Assembly (NCBI GenBank): GCA_045863395.1
Contig: BTVJ01000022.1
Coordinates: 35,443 to 99,442, forward strand
Reading direction: 5' to 3'
DNA length: 64,000 nucleotides
From: Myxococcales bacterium
Lineage (GTDB): Bacteria > Myxococcota_A > UBA9042 > JABWCM01 > BTVJ01
The number at the start of each line of letters is the position of its first letter. Within the stretch, counting starts at the first letter, position 1. This document shows positions 56,119-64,000 of this stretch, in pieces. The translations under genes were made by a program, and so were the position numbers. The notes beneath the pieces are model-generated. The model had not been told where the DNA came from, did not search any database, and saw only the letters and a program-made list of their open reading frames with translations.

Positions 56119-59100
56119 CTACAGACAGGACGCGAGCACCTCGTGGGCGCAGCCGCCCGGACCGCAGGAGTCCGCGGTGCACACGAGCCCGTCGTCGCAG
56201 CTCGACTCGAAGTGGATGCACTCCCCCGACGGCAGGCACACGTCCGTCGTGCATGGATCGCCATCGCCGCACGGCACGGGCACGCTCGCGCACTCCCCCG
56301 ATGGCAGGCAGGCGTCCGCGGTGCAGGGGTCCCCGTCCGTGCAGTCCAGCGCGTCCTTGCAGATGACGCAGGGCACCGCCGGCACGTGGACGCACCCGCC
56401 CAGGGCCCCGTGGCAGAAGTCGACGGTGCACGGGTTGCCGTCCTTGCACGGCAGCGGCGCGGCGAGGCAGCCGCCCGCGCCCCCGCAGGCGTCGGCGGTG
56501 CACGGGTCACCGTCGTCGCACCCCGCAAAAGCGCACGTACCGGACGCTGGGTCGCACCGGTCTGCCGTACACGGGTCACCATCCCAGCAGGTGCTCACGG
56601 CCTGGCAGCCCGCGACCGGGTCACACAGGTCGACGGTGCAGAGGAGGCCGTCGTCGCAGTCGGGCGCGCTGTGGGCGCAGTCCCCCCCGTCGCAGGAGTC
56701 CGACGTGCACGGGTCGCCGTCGTCGCAGGTCTTGGGCAAGGCGGTGCAGCCGGTGGCTGGTTCGCACGCGGCAACGAGGCACGACCCACCAGCGCAAAGG
56801 ATCGGCGAGTGCGCGCAGTCTCCGGCGCCGTCACACAGATCCTCCGTGCAGGCGTCGCCATCGTCGCACGAGTACGGCCAGGCGACGCACCCTCCGTCAC
56901 AGACGTCTACGGAGCAGGGGTCCCCGTCATCGCACGCGATCCTGGTCGTCCGGCAGGCTCCGTCGACGCACCCATCGGCGGTGCAGGGGTCCCCGTCATC
57001 GCAATCGCCGTCCCCGGTGCAGTCGCACACCGCGCCGGGGATGGGCGCGCTCTGGCATCCGGCTCCAGGAGCGCACGTGTCGGCGGTGCAGGGATCCCCG
57101 TCATCACAGTCGGCGGGCGCCGCCGTGCACCCCGCGAGGGAGTGGCACCCATCATCGGTGCAGGGGTCCCCGTCGTCGCACGTGGCTGGAGTGGCATCGC
57201 ACCCCAGGAGCGGGACGCACCCATCGTCGGTGCACGCGTCGCCATCGTCGCAGACGACCGGGGTCTGCGCGCAGGAGCCCGCCTCGCACCGCTCGACCGT
57301 GCATGGGTCCCCGTCGGCGCAGGCGGCGTCGTGGGTGCACGCCAGGCAGGGCGACACGGCGATATGGGTGCACGCCCCCCCGTTGCACAGATCCGCCGAG
57401 CAGGGGTCCCCATCGTCGCAGGCGGGGGCGTAGACACACGCATGCGACACCGGGTCGCACGCACCGAGCGTGCACGGGTCCCCGTCGTCGCAGGAGCTCG
57501 CCGTGGTGCAGACGGCGCAGTCCGGCACGGGCGCATGGGCGCAGCCAGCCGCAGAGCAGGTGTCGAGGGTGCAGGGGTCGCCGTCTCCACACGCTGCGCC
57601 ATGGATGCAGCCGACCAGCGCCGCACACCCGTCCGTCGTGCAGGGGTCCCCGTCGTCGCAGGTCGCAGGGCCATGGCTGCACACCCCGCCAGCACAGGCG
57701 TCCGCGGTGCAGGCGTCTCCGTCGTCGCAGAGCGGCGCGTGCTTGCACCCGCCGGCGCAGGAGTCGGTGGTGCACGGGTCGCCGTCGTCGCAGTCCAGGG
57801 GGCCCCCGACGCAGCCGGAGGCCGGGTCGCAGCCACCGGAAGCGCAGGGATCCCCGTCCCCGCAGGACACAGCCGAGGTGACGCACCCCACGTCGGGGGC
57901 GCAGGCGTCGACCGTGCAGGCGTCGGCGTCGTCGCACGGGAGAGGTGCGTAGCTACAGGCACCGCCGATGCAGGCGTCCGTGGTGCAGGGGTCCAGGTCG
58001 TCACAGGCGATGCCCGCCCCCTTGCAGCCCACCCCCGGCGCGCACACCTCGACCGTGCAGGGGTCTCCGTCGTCGCAGTAGAGGGCCCCCTGCTGGCACC
58101 CGGCGAGCGCATCGCAGCCATCGACCGTGCAAGGGTCCCCGTCGTCACAAGGGACGACGGTGGCGATGCACCCGGTCACGGCGTCGCAGAACTCGGCCGT
58201 ACAGGCGTCCCCGTCGTCACAGGACCAGGGCGCGAACACGCAGCCGCCGAGTGGGTCGCACCCGTCGTCGGTGCAGACGTTGGCGTCGTCACACACCTCG
58301 GCGTACCCGCCGCACGTGCCGCTCACCGCGTCGCACAGATCGACGGTACACACGTTGGAGTCGTCGCAGTCGGCGTGGCCCTGGCACTCCACGCACCCCG
58401 CGACCGGCGTCGCGATACACTCGCCCCCGTCGCAGCTCGTGGCGTAGCAGGGCCCGGGCGCCTCGCAGAGCTTCGACGGGTGGACACAGACGGCGACCCC
58501 CGTCCAGCCCTGGCAGGCGTCGACCGTGCAGGGGTCTCCATCGTCGCACGAGTAGAGCGAGGACACACAGGCGCCGTCGGCCACGCACGCGTCGATGGTG
58601 CAGGGGTCCCCGTCATTGCAGAGCACGGGCTCGAAGAGGCAGCCCGAGGTGGGGTCGCAGGAGTCCACGGTGCATCCGTCGCCGTCTTCGCAGGGGATCA
58701 GCACGCGGGTACACTCGCCCGTGAGCGGGTCGCACAGGTCCTCGGTGCAGGCGTCTCCGTCATCGCAGTCGGCGCCAACGGCGCAGCCGGTCACGTCGGG
58801 GGCCGTGTCCGTGTGGGAGTCCGCCGAGTCGCCCCCATCGGGCTCGCCTCCCCCGTCGCCGCCGGTGTCGGCGCCAGAGTCCCCGCCCACGTCAGGCGGC
58901 GACCCACCCGCATCGCCGCCCCCGACGTCCCCGCTCCCCGTGTCAGATGGCACGTCGGCCGCGTCCGCCGGTCCCGTGTCGCCAGCAACGTCCCCCGAGC
59001 CACCTTCGTAGGTGACGTCGGTCCCCGCGGTACTCCCCGCATCGACCGGCGCCAGGGGCTCGGGGTCCGCGCAGGCACACACCATGAGGGCGAGCAGGCT

Positions 59101-59130
59101 GACGCGACCGATGATGCCTGGTCCACGCAT
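56119..59130 (-). CDS. Lipoprotein built from ~35 CDDGDPCTxDxC (Dictyostelium CTDC-like) repeats
   Basis: Lipobox-like VCAC, D/G/S/T linker, then continuous ~24-aa four-Cys repeats to the C-terminus. Confidence 0.9.
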   Translation of the reverse strand: MRGPGIIGRVSLLALMVCACADPEPLAPVDAGSTAGTDVTYEGGSGDVAGDTGPADAADVPSDTGSGDVGGGDAGGSPPDVGGDSGADTGGDGGGEPDGGDSADSHTDTAPDVTGCAVGADCDDGDACTEDLCDPLTGECTRVLIPCEDGDGCTVDSCDPTSGCLFEPVLCNDGDPCTIDACVADGACVSSLYSCDDGDPCTVDACQGWTGVAVCVHPSKLCEAPGPCYATSCDGGECIATPVAGCVECQGHADCDDSNVCTVDLCDAVSGTCGGYAEVCDDANVCTDDGCDPLGGCVFAPWSCDDGDACTAEFCDAVTGCIATVVPCDDGDPCTVDGCDALAGCQQGALYCDDGDPCTVEVCAPGVGCKGAGIACDDLDPCTTDACIGGACSYAPLPCDDADACTVDACAPDVGCVTSAVSCGDGDPCASGGCDPASGCVGGPLDCDDGDPCTTDSCAGGCKHAPLCDDGDACTADACAGGVCSHGPATCDDGDPCTTDGCAALVGCIHGAACGDGDPCTLDTCSAAGCAHAPVPDCAVCTTASSCDDGDPCTLGACDPVSHACVYAPACDDGDPCSADLCNGGACTHIAVSPCLACTHDAACADGDPCTVERCEAGSCAQTPVVCDDGDACTDDGCVPLLGCDATPATCDDGDPCTDDGCHSLAGCTAAPADCDDGDPCTADTCAPGAGCQSAPIPGAVCDCTGDGDCDDGDPCTADGCVDGACRTTRIACDDGDPCSVDVCDGGCVAWPYSCDDGDACTEDLCDGAGDCAHSPILCAGGSCLVAACEPATGCTALPKTCDDGDPCTSDSCDGGDCAHSAPDCDDGLLCTVDLCDPVAGCQAVSTCWDGDPCTADRCDPASGTCAFAGCDDGDPCTADACGGAGGCLAAPLPCKDGNPCTVDFCHGALGGCVHVPAVPCVICKDALDCTDGDPCTADACLPSGECASVPVPCGDGDPCTTDVCLPSGECIHFESSCDDGLVCTADSCGPGGCAHEVLASCL

Positions 59131-59263
59131 GGGGCGAACCTACCACACAGATGGCTGCGACGGCAGAATTCACCGGAGCAGCGGCTGGCAGGAGCGGCGT
59201 CCCGCAACGCAGGTTCGGGAGGACGGCGTGCCACGGCCGGGGGAGAGCCACCAGACGAGCGCG

Positions 59264-60343
59264 TCATGCCTGGACGTCCCCCAGCTCAGGGCAGCACACC
59301 TCGCGGGGTGGGACACCCGCGCGCCGCTCGTACCACCGGCGCGAGCGATTCACGACGGCCACTGCCCCCAGCATCACCGGGACCTCCACGAGCACTCCGA
59401 CGACGGTCGCCAGGGCTGCCCCCGAGCCGAAGCCGAAGAGCACGATGGCGGTCGCAACGGCCAGCTCGAAGAAGTTGGAGGCCCCGATGAGGGCCGACGG
59501 CCCGGCCACGCAGTGTGGGGAGCGGACGGCCCGGTTCAGCAGGTACGCAAGCCCCGCGTTGAAGAACGTCTGCACCAGGATCGGCGCGGCCAGCAGGGCG
59601 ATGACCAACGGCTGCGACGTGATCCGCTCCCCCTGGAAGCCGAACAGCAGCACGAGCGTGCCGAGCAGGGCAACGAGTGACACGGGCCGCAGCCGCTTCG
59701 CCGTGCGACGGAGGGCTGCATCGCCCGCCTCGCGACGCACCAGGCCTCGCCTCCAGATGGTCGCGACGATCAGAGGGGCGACGATGTAGAGCAGCACCGA
59801 CAACAGCAACGTGGTCCACGGGACGGAGATCGACGTGAGCCCCAGGAGGAGGCCCACGATCGGGGCGAACGCAACGACCATGATGAGATCGTTGAGGGCC
59901 ACCTGGGAGAGGGTGAAGTTGGGTTCCCCTCGCATCAGGTGGCTCCACACGAACACCATGGCGGTGCACGGAGCCGCAGCGAGGATGATCAGTCCGGCGA
60001 CGTACGAGTCGATCTGGTCAGAGGGGAGCAGGGGACGGAACAGCGTCCCGATGAACAGCCAGCCCAGGAACGCCATCGTGAAGGGCTTGACGCCCCAGTT
60101 CACGAACAGAGTGACGGCTACACCCCTCCAGTGCCGTCGCACGTCGCCGATCCTCGCCAGGTCGACCTCGAGGAGCATCGGGAGGATCATGAGCCAGATG
60201 AGCACCGCCACAGGCAGGTTGACCTGCGCCACCTCGAGACCGCCGATGGTGAGGAAGGCCGCCGGAGCAGCCTGGCCGAGCAGCACCCCACCCACGATGC
60301 ATAGCCCGACCCACACGCTGAGGAATCGCTCGAACGTGCCCAT
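59264..60343 (-). CDS. acr3: Second Acr3-family arsenite efflux pump (subfamily 2)
   Basis: FERFLSVWV, AAAPCTAMVFVW, GASNFFELAVATA, GVLVEVPVML; AAGGAGG RBS. Confidence 0.93.
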   Translation of the reverse strand: MGTFERFLSVWVGLCIVGGVLLGQAAPAAFLTIGGLEVAQVNLPVAVLIWLMILPMLLEVDLARIGDVRRHWRGVAVTLFVNWGVKPFTMAFLGWLFIGTLFRPLLPSDQIDSYVAGLIILAAAPCTAMVFVWSHLMRGEPNFTLSQVALNDLIMVVAFAPIVGLLLGLTSISVPWTTLLLSVLLYIVAPLIVATIWRRGLVRREAGDAALRRTAKRLRPVSLVALLGTLVLLFGFQGERITSQPLVIALLAAPILVQTFFNAGLAYLLNRAVRSPHCVAGPSALIGASNFFELAVATAIVLFGFGSGAALATVVGVLVEVPVMLGAVAVVNRSRRWYERRAGVPPREVCCPELGDVQA

Positions 60344-60525
60344 GCTGCCCTCCTTGCCCGCATCAGCCCGCGGCTTGCGCGTCGGGGCGCCCGGCGTGGC
60401 TCCAAGGGACGTCCGGGCGACGTCCGCGTAACGGCCCCCGAGCCCAAGCTAGACAGATTGGTGATACTGGTGCAGTGGCCTCCGACGCGGTACAGTGCAC
60501 GAGGACCAACGCCCAAGGAGATGCC

Positions 60526-63500
60526 GTGCGCACTCGGACGATCCTCGTGCCTGCGCTCCTCGCAGCGGGCCTGCTGGGCGCCCTGGAGGCGGGCCTGCGC
60601 GCCGCACCAGTCCCGGCTCGCATCAACGTCCAGGGGAGCCTGCTCACGGGAGCCGGTCAGCCTGTCAGCGGCAGCTTCGACCTGACATTCACGATCTATC
60701 CGTCCTCCGCCCAGGGGGCGACCGTCCTGTGGACGACGACCAAGACGGGCATCTCTGTCACCGGCGGCGTCTTCGACGTCCTCCTCGAAGGGCTCCCACC
60801 GGCCATCGCCGTGGACAACGCCGAGCTGTGGCTGGAGACCAGCGTCGGCGGCCAGGCGCTCCCCCGCCAGCGTCTGGAGCCGGTGGCGACCGCGCTGCAC
60901 GCTGAGCACGCGAACGTGGCGGACGCGGCGGCGAGCGCGGCGGCGGTCTCCTGCGCCGGGTGCGTGAGCCCGAGCCACGTGGGCTTCCCGTGGGCCCGGG
61001 GCGTGGTTGCGGACGGGGCCGCCGCTGACCTGAGCTGCACCGGCTGCGTCTCGGCGAGCGAGATCGCCGCCTCGTCGATCAACACGAGCCACATCCAGGA
61101 CGGCAGCCTCAGCAAGGACGACCTCGCCTTCAACTACGCCGGGTCCTCGTCCAAGGGCGGCGACGCCCTGGGCCTGTCCTGCACCGGGTGCGTCCAGAGC
61201 GCCACGCTGGCCGCCAACCTGGCGCTGAAGGGCGACGTCACCGTCGGCGGGTCCCTGACGGTGTGCAAGGACGGCCTGCTGTCAGGCTGCGGGGTGGGCC
61301 TTGGCGGCACCACAGGGCTCTTCGAGGTCGGTAACGCCGTGGCCGTCACCGGCGCGGGGGGCCTCAGGGTGGTCAGCGGCGGGTCCTGGGCTCCTGCGGA
61401 GGCGGGCCCAACGACGGTCCATGGGGCGCTCTCCCTCACGTCGGGCGACCTGACCGTCGCCACGGGGCGCCTCGGTGTGGGCAAGTCCCCCGCGAAGCCC
61501 CTCGACGTGGCCGGCGACGCGGCCATCAGCGGTGAGCTCACCCTCGCGGGCCCGGTCAAGGGCGCCATGCACTCCGGCTCCCACAACCTGGTTGTGAACG
61601 GCGGCTTCGAGGGCGGCCGCGATGCCCTGAGCTACTGCCCGTCGTGCAGCTACGGAGCCAACGCCGTGGTCGACGAGGCCGGAGCCGCCCACACGGGCAC
61701 CTGGGGACTCAAGCAGGCGGGGGGCAACGGAGAGTACGAGCTCCTGCTCCCTGGCGCCTGGTTCGCCCCGGGCAAGAGCTACACCTACAGCCTCTGGGTC
61801 CGCGTGCTCGCGGGCTGGACGGGCTCCACGCAGACGCTCCACGGGCGCGCCCACTACGCGGACGGCAACCACACCGCCTGGTCGGGCCCCCTCCCCCCAG
61901 CGGACGGCACCTGGACGCGCCTCGCACAGAGCTTCACCGTTCGCACGGACTCCGCATTGCAGCAAGTGTCGCTGTACATCGGCTACCCGGGAGGTACGGG
62001 GACCCGCTACGTCGATGACGTCATGGTCGAGGAGGGGGCGCTGCTCACCGACTACCGCGCGGAGGCCCTGAGCCCCGGCGGCGACGCGCTCATCCCCGGC
62101 GACCTGACTGTCGGAGGCAACCTGAACCTCCAGGGGCAGGCTCTGGCGGCGGCCAAGGTCCAGAGCGCGGCCAGTGACCCGGTGACCTGCAACGGCCAGC
62201 AGGTGGGCGTCATCTATTTCAACACCACTGAGAACGAGCTGCGCGTCTGCGACGGCGCTGCGTTCGTCGCGGTGGCTCTCAAGGGTGGACTCGGGACCGA
62301 GTCCAACCCGGCCCCGAGCTGCTCGGCCATCCTCGCAGCGGGCGCCTCCCTCGGCGACCGGGCCTACTGGATCGACCCGCCGGGAGACGGGGCCGGCCCC
62401 CTGGAGGTCTTCTGCGACATGACGACCCAGGGCGGCGGCTGGACCTTGATCGCCACGGCCACCGCGAGCACGTACCCCTCGTCATGGTCGGCGTCGGGCA
62501 AGTCGCTCGCAGAGCTGACCCTCAGCGGGAGCGACGCCACGAACAGCAAGAACGTGGAGGCCTACATGCCGCAGGCCACCATGGACGCCCTGGCGGCGAC
62601 GGATCTGCGGTTCCGCACCCCGACGCAGCACATGATGACCCGCTCGGATGTCCCCATCCCCAGCATCTGGAACTACTACTTCCGCTGCACCTTCAACCTG
62701 GCCAACTTCGCCACCATGGATACGTGGGTGGAGCAGAACGTCATCGGCTACAACCTCCAGACGGGCTTCGTCTCCTCGGACTACCACTGCTGGGACCTCA
62801 ACGGGAACGCCCACATCGGGTGGAGCGACCCGACGAGCCAGCACATGCTCCTCGGCTCCAACCACGCCACGTCTGCGTCCTGGCCTGGCTTCTGCCTCGA
62901 CGGCACCTGCTGGAGCGAGCGTGGCACCGTGTGGGCCCGCACGGGCGTGAAGGCTCCCGGCACGGCGTTGGGGACCTTCGACAACCCGGGTGCGAGCTGC
63001 AAGGCCATCCGGGATGCGGGCGCGTCGACGGGCAACGGCACGTACTGGATAGACCCCCCGGGCGACAGCGAGAGCAAGCTGCCGGTCTACTGCGACATGT
63101 CCACGAGCGGCGGCGGCTGGACCCTCATCGCCCTGGTCCGCAGCACCACCATGGTCAACGCTTGGGGCGTCGCCGGTGGGCAGCTCAACGAGCTGACCCT
63201 CCCGGGCAACAACGTCACCAACGACAAGAACGTCGAGGCCTGGCTCCCCTCTGCGACCATGGACGCTCTGGCCGGGACCGAGCTGCGCCTGCGCTCCCCC
63301 AGCCAGCACATGCTCGGCTCGTCGGACGCCCCCTTCCCGAGCATCTGGGACTACTACTTCCGCTGCACGTTCAACATCGGCGGGTTCTCTACCCGCGACA
63401 CCTGGGTCGAGGCCCACGTCACCATCAACAACCTGCAGTCGGGCTTCTCGACGCCGAACGCCCACTGCTGGGACCTGAACGGCAACGCCCACATCGGCTG

Positions 63501-63612
63501 GAGCGACGGAAACCAGCACATGCTGCTGTCGACCAACGGCACCTCGAACACACCGGGTTTCTGCCTCGACGGCACCTGCTGGAGCGAACGGGGCAGCGCC
63601 TGGGTTCGCTGA
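60526..63612 (+). CDS. Secreted fibre/adhesin-like protein 2 (paralogue of 32587-35163) with CBM-like domain and two fibrinogen-like C-terminal domains
   Basis: AAGGAG RBS before GTG 60526; same N-domain and CxGC repeats as fibre 1; NLVVNGGFE CBM4/9-like motif; 2x YWIDPPGD...CDMxTxGGGWTLIA. Confidence 0.85.
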   Translation: MRTRTILVPALLAAGLLGALEAGLRAAPVPARINVQGSLLTGAGQPVSGSFDLTFTIYPSSAQGATVLWTTTKTGISVTGGVFDVLLEGLPPAIAVDNAELWLETSVGGQALPRQRLEPVATALHAEHANVADAAASAAAVSCAGCVSPSHVGFPWARGVVADGAAADLSCTGCVSASEIAASSINTSHIQDGSLSKDDLAFNYAGSSSKGGDALGLSCTGCVQSATLAANLALKGDVTVGGSLTVCKDGLLSGCGVGLGGTTGLFEVGNAVAVTGAGGLRVVSGGSWAPAEAGPTTVHGALSLTSGDLTVATGRLGVGKSPAKPLDVAGDAAISGELTLAGPVKGAMHSGSHNLVVNGGFEGGRDALSYCPSCSYGANAVVDEAGAAHTGTWGLKQAGGNGEYELLLPGAWFAPGKSYTYSLWVRVLAGWTGSTQTLHGRAHYADGNHTAWSGPLPPADGTWTRLAQSFTVRTDSALQQVSLYIGYPGGTGTRYVDDVMVEEGALLTDYRAEALSPGGDALIPGDLTVGGNLNLQGQALAAAKVQSAASDPVTCNGQQVGVIYFNTTENELRVCDGAAFVAVALKGGLGTESNPAPSCSAILAAGASLGDRAYWIDPPGDGAGPLEVFCDMTTQGGGWTLIATATASTYPSSWSASGKSLAELTLSGSDATNSKNVEAYMPQATMDALAATDLRFRTPTQHMMTRSDVPIPSIWNYYFRCTFNLANFATMDTWVEQNVIGYNLQTGFVSSDYHCWDLNGNAHIGWSDPTSQHMLLGSNHATSASWPGFCLDGTCWSERGTVWARTGVKAPGTALGTFDNPGASCKAIRDAGASTGNGTYWIDPPGDSESKLPVYCDMSTSGGGWTLIALVRSTTMVNAWGVAGGQLNELTLPGNNVTNDKNVEAWLPSATMDALAGTELRLRSPSQHMLGSSDAPFPSIWDYYFRCTFNIGGFSTRDTWVEAHVTINNLQSGFSTPNAHCWDLNGNAHIGWSDGNQHMLLSTNGTSNTPGFCLDGTCWSERGSAWVR

Positions 63613-63955
63613 ACGTCGGTCACGCCCGCGCCAAGACAAACGAGGGCGCACTGGACTCCCGACGCGCTTCCAGGCGCTCACTGAGCCGCGGCGAGCCACT
63701 CGCTCGTCCTGAGCGGCAGCGGGCCTCTGCGCTCGGCGAGCCGTGACGACCAGGCTCCGGTGCAACCGCCACTGAGAACGAGCCGCATCGCCGCGGGTCG
63801 AGCTCGCAGGCAACGGAGGCCGCAACCGCGTGCGGGAAGCCCCGCATGGGCACACTGTGGTCACGCAGCCCCCCTGGAGTGCCCCGAGCAGTGCGGAGCA
63901 GCGGGCGCTTGGGGGGCTCGAGGGAACGTCTGATGACGGTGGTGCGGCAGAAAGC

Positions 63956-63992
63956 ACGAAGCCCCCGCAGCACAGGGCTGCGGGGGCTTCGT
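63956..63992 (-). terminator. Strong stem-loop, probable intrinsic terminator for a transcript entering from the right edge
   Basis: acgaagcccccgcagc-acagg-gctgcgggggcttcgt: perfect 16-bp stem, followed by gctttc on the minus strand. Confidence 0.65.
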
Positions 63993-64000
63993 AAGGGGGC

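Noticed and set aside
56150..58780. Regularly spaced gtgcaggggtccccgtcgtcgca repeats resembling a CRISPR array
   Set aside because: They are degenerate at synonymous positions and encode the CDDGDPCT protein repeat; no cas genes are present.
47820..59490. Long ORFs 47820..51518, 51368..54223, 55627..59490 (+)
   Set aside because: Off-frame or antisense to icl, the cph genes and the Cys-repeat gene.
62300..63612. Duplicated fibrinogen-like domains as a possible diversity-generating retroelement TR/VR pair
   Set aside because: Both copies are in-frame coding, the differences are not adenine-specific and include indels, and no reverse transcriptase is present. This is an ordinary tandem duplication.

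Overview
Very GC-rich bacterial DNA. The many lipoproteins with CDDGxPCTxDxC repeats and D/G/S-rich linkers suggest a Myxococcota / deltaproteobacteria-like organism (inference). Most long ORFs in the supplied track are antisense shadows. The left half is a block of giant secreted or surface proteins. It opens with a minus-strand operon: dockerin/Cys-rich protein -> ~2100-aa Ig/4xLamG-like protein -> a >3900-aa ORF that is absent from the ORF track because it runs off the left edge. That ORF has at least five 14-repeat beta-propeller-like modules joined by Cys-rich linkers, plus one fibrinogen-like domain. The left half also holds a lipid-anchored triheme cytochrome c7 on a long PEAK-rich tether, an M23 peptidase, a ~2490-aa beta-helix lipoprotein, a TPR protein, a fibre/adhesin-like protein, a caspase-fold lipoprotein and a subtilase. 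The right half carries a gene-fragment scar, a putative nucleotidyltransferase toxin-antitoxin pair, an acr3-arsC-arsR operon and a long ICL2-type isocitrate lyase. It also has a complete cyanophycin cluster (iadA-cphB-cphA plus a CphA paralogue lacking the ATP-grasp domain), a ~35-repeat Cys-rich lipoprotein, a second acr3 and a second fibre paralogue with a different tip. I found no rRNA, tRNA, CRISPR array or transposase. All domain calls come from motif recognition by eye, not database searches.
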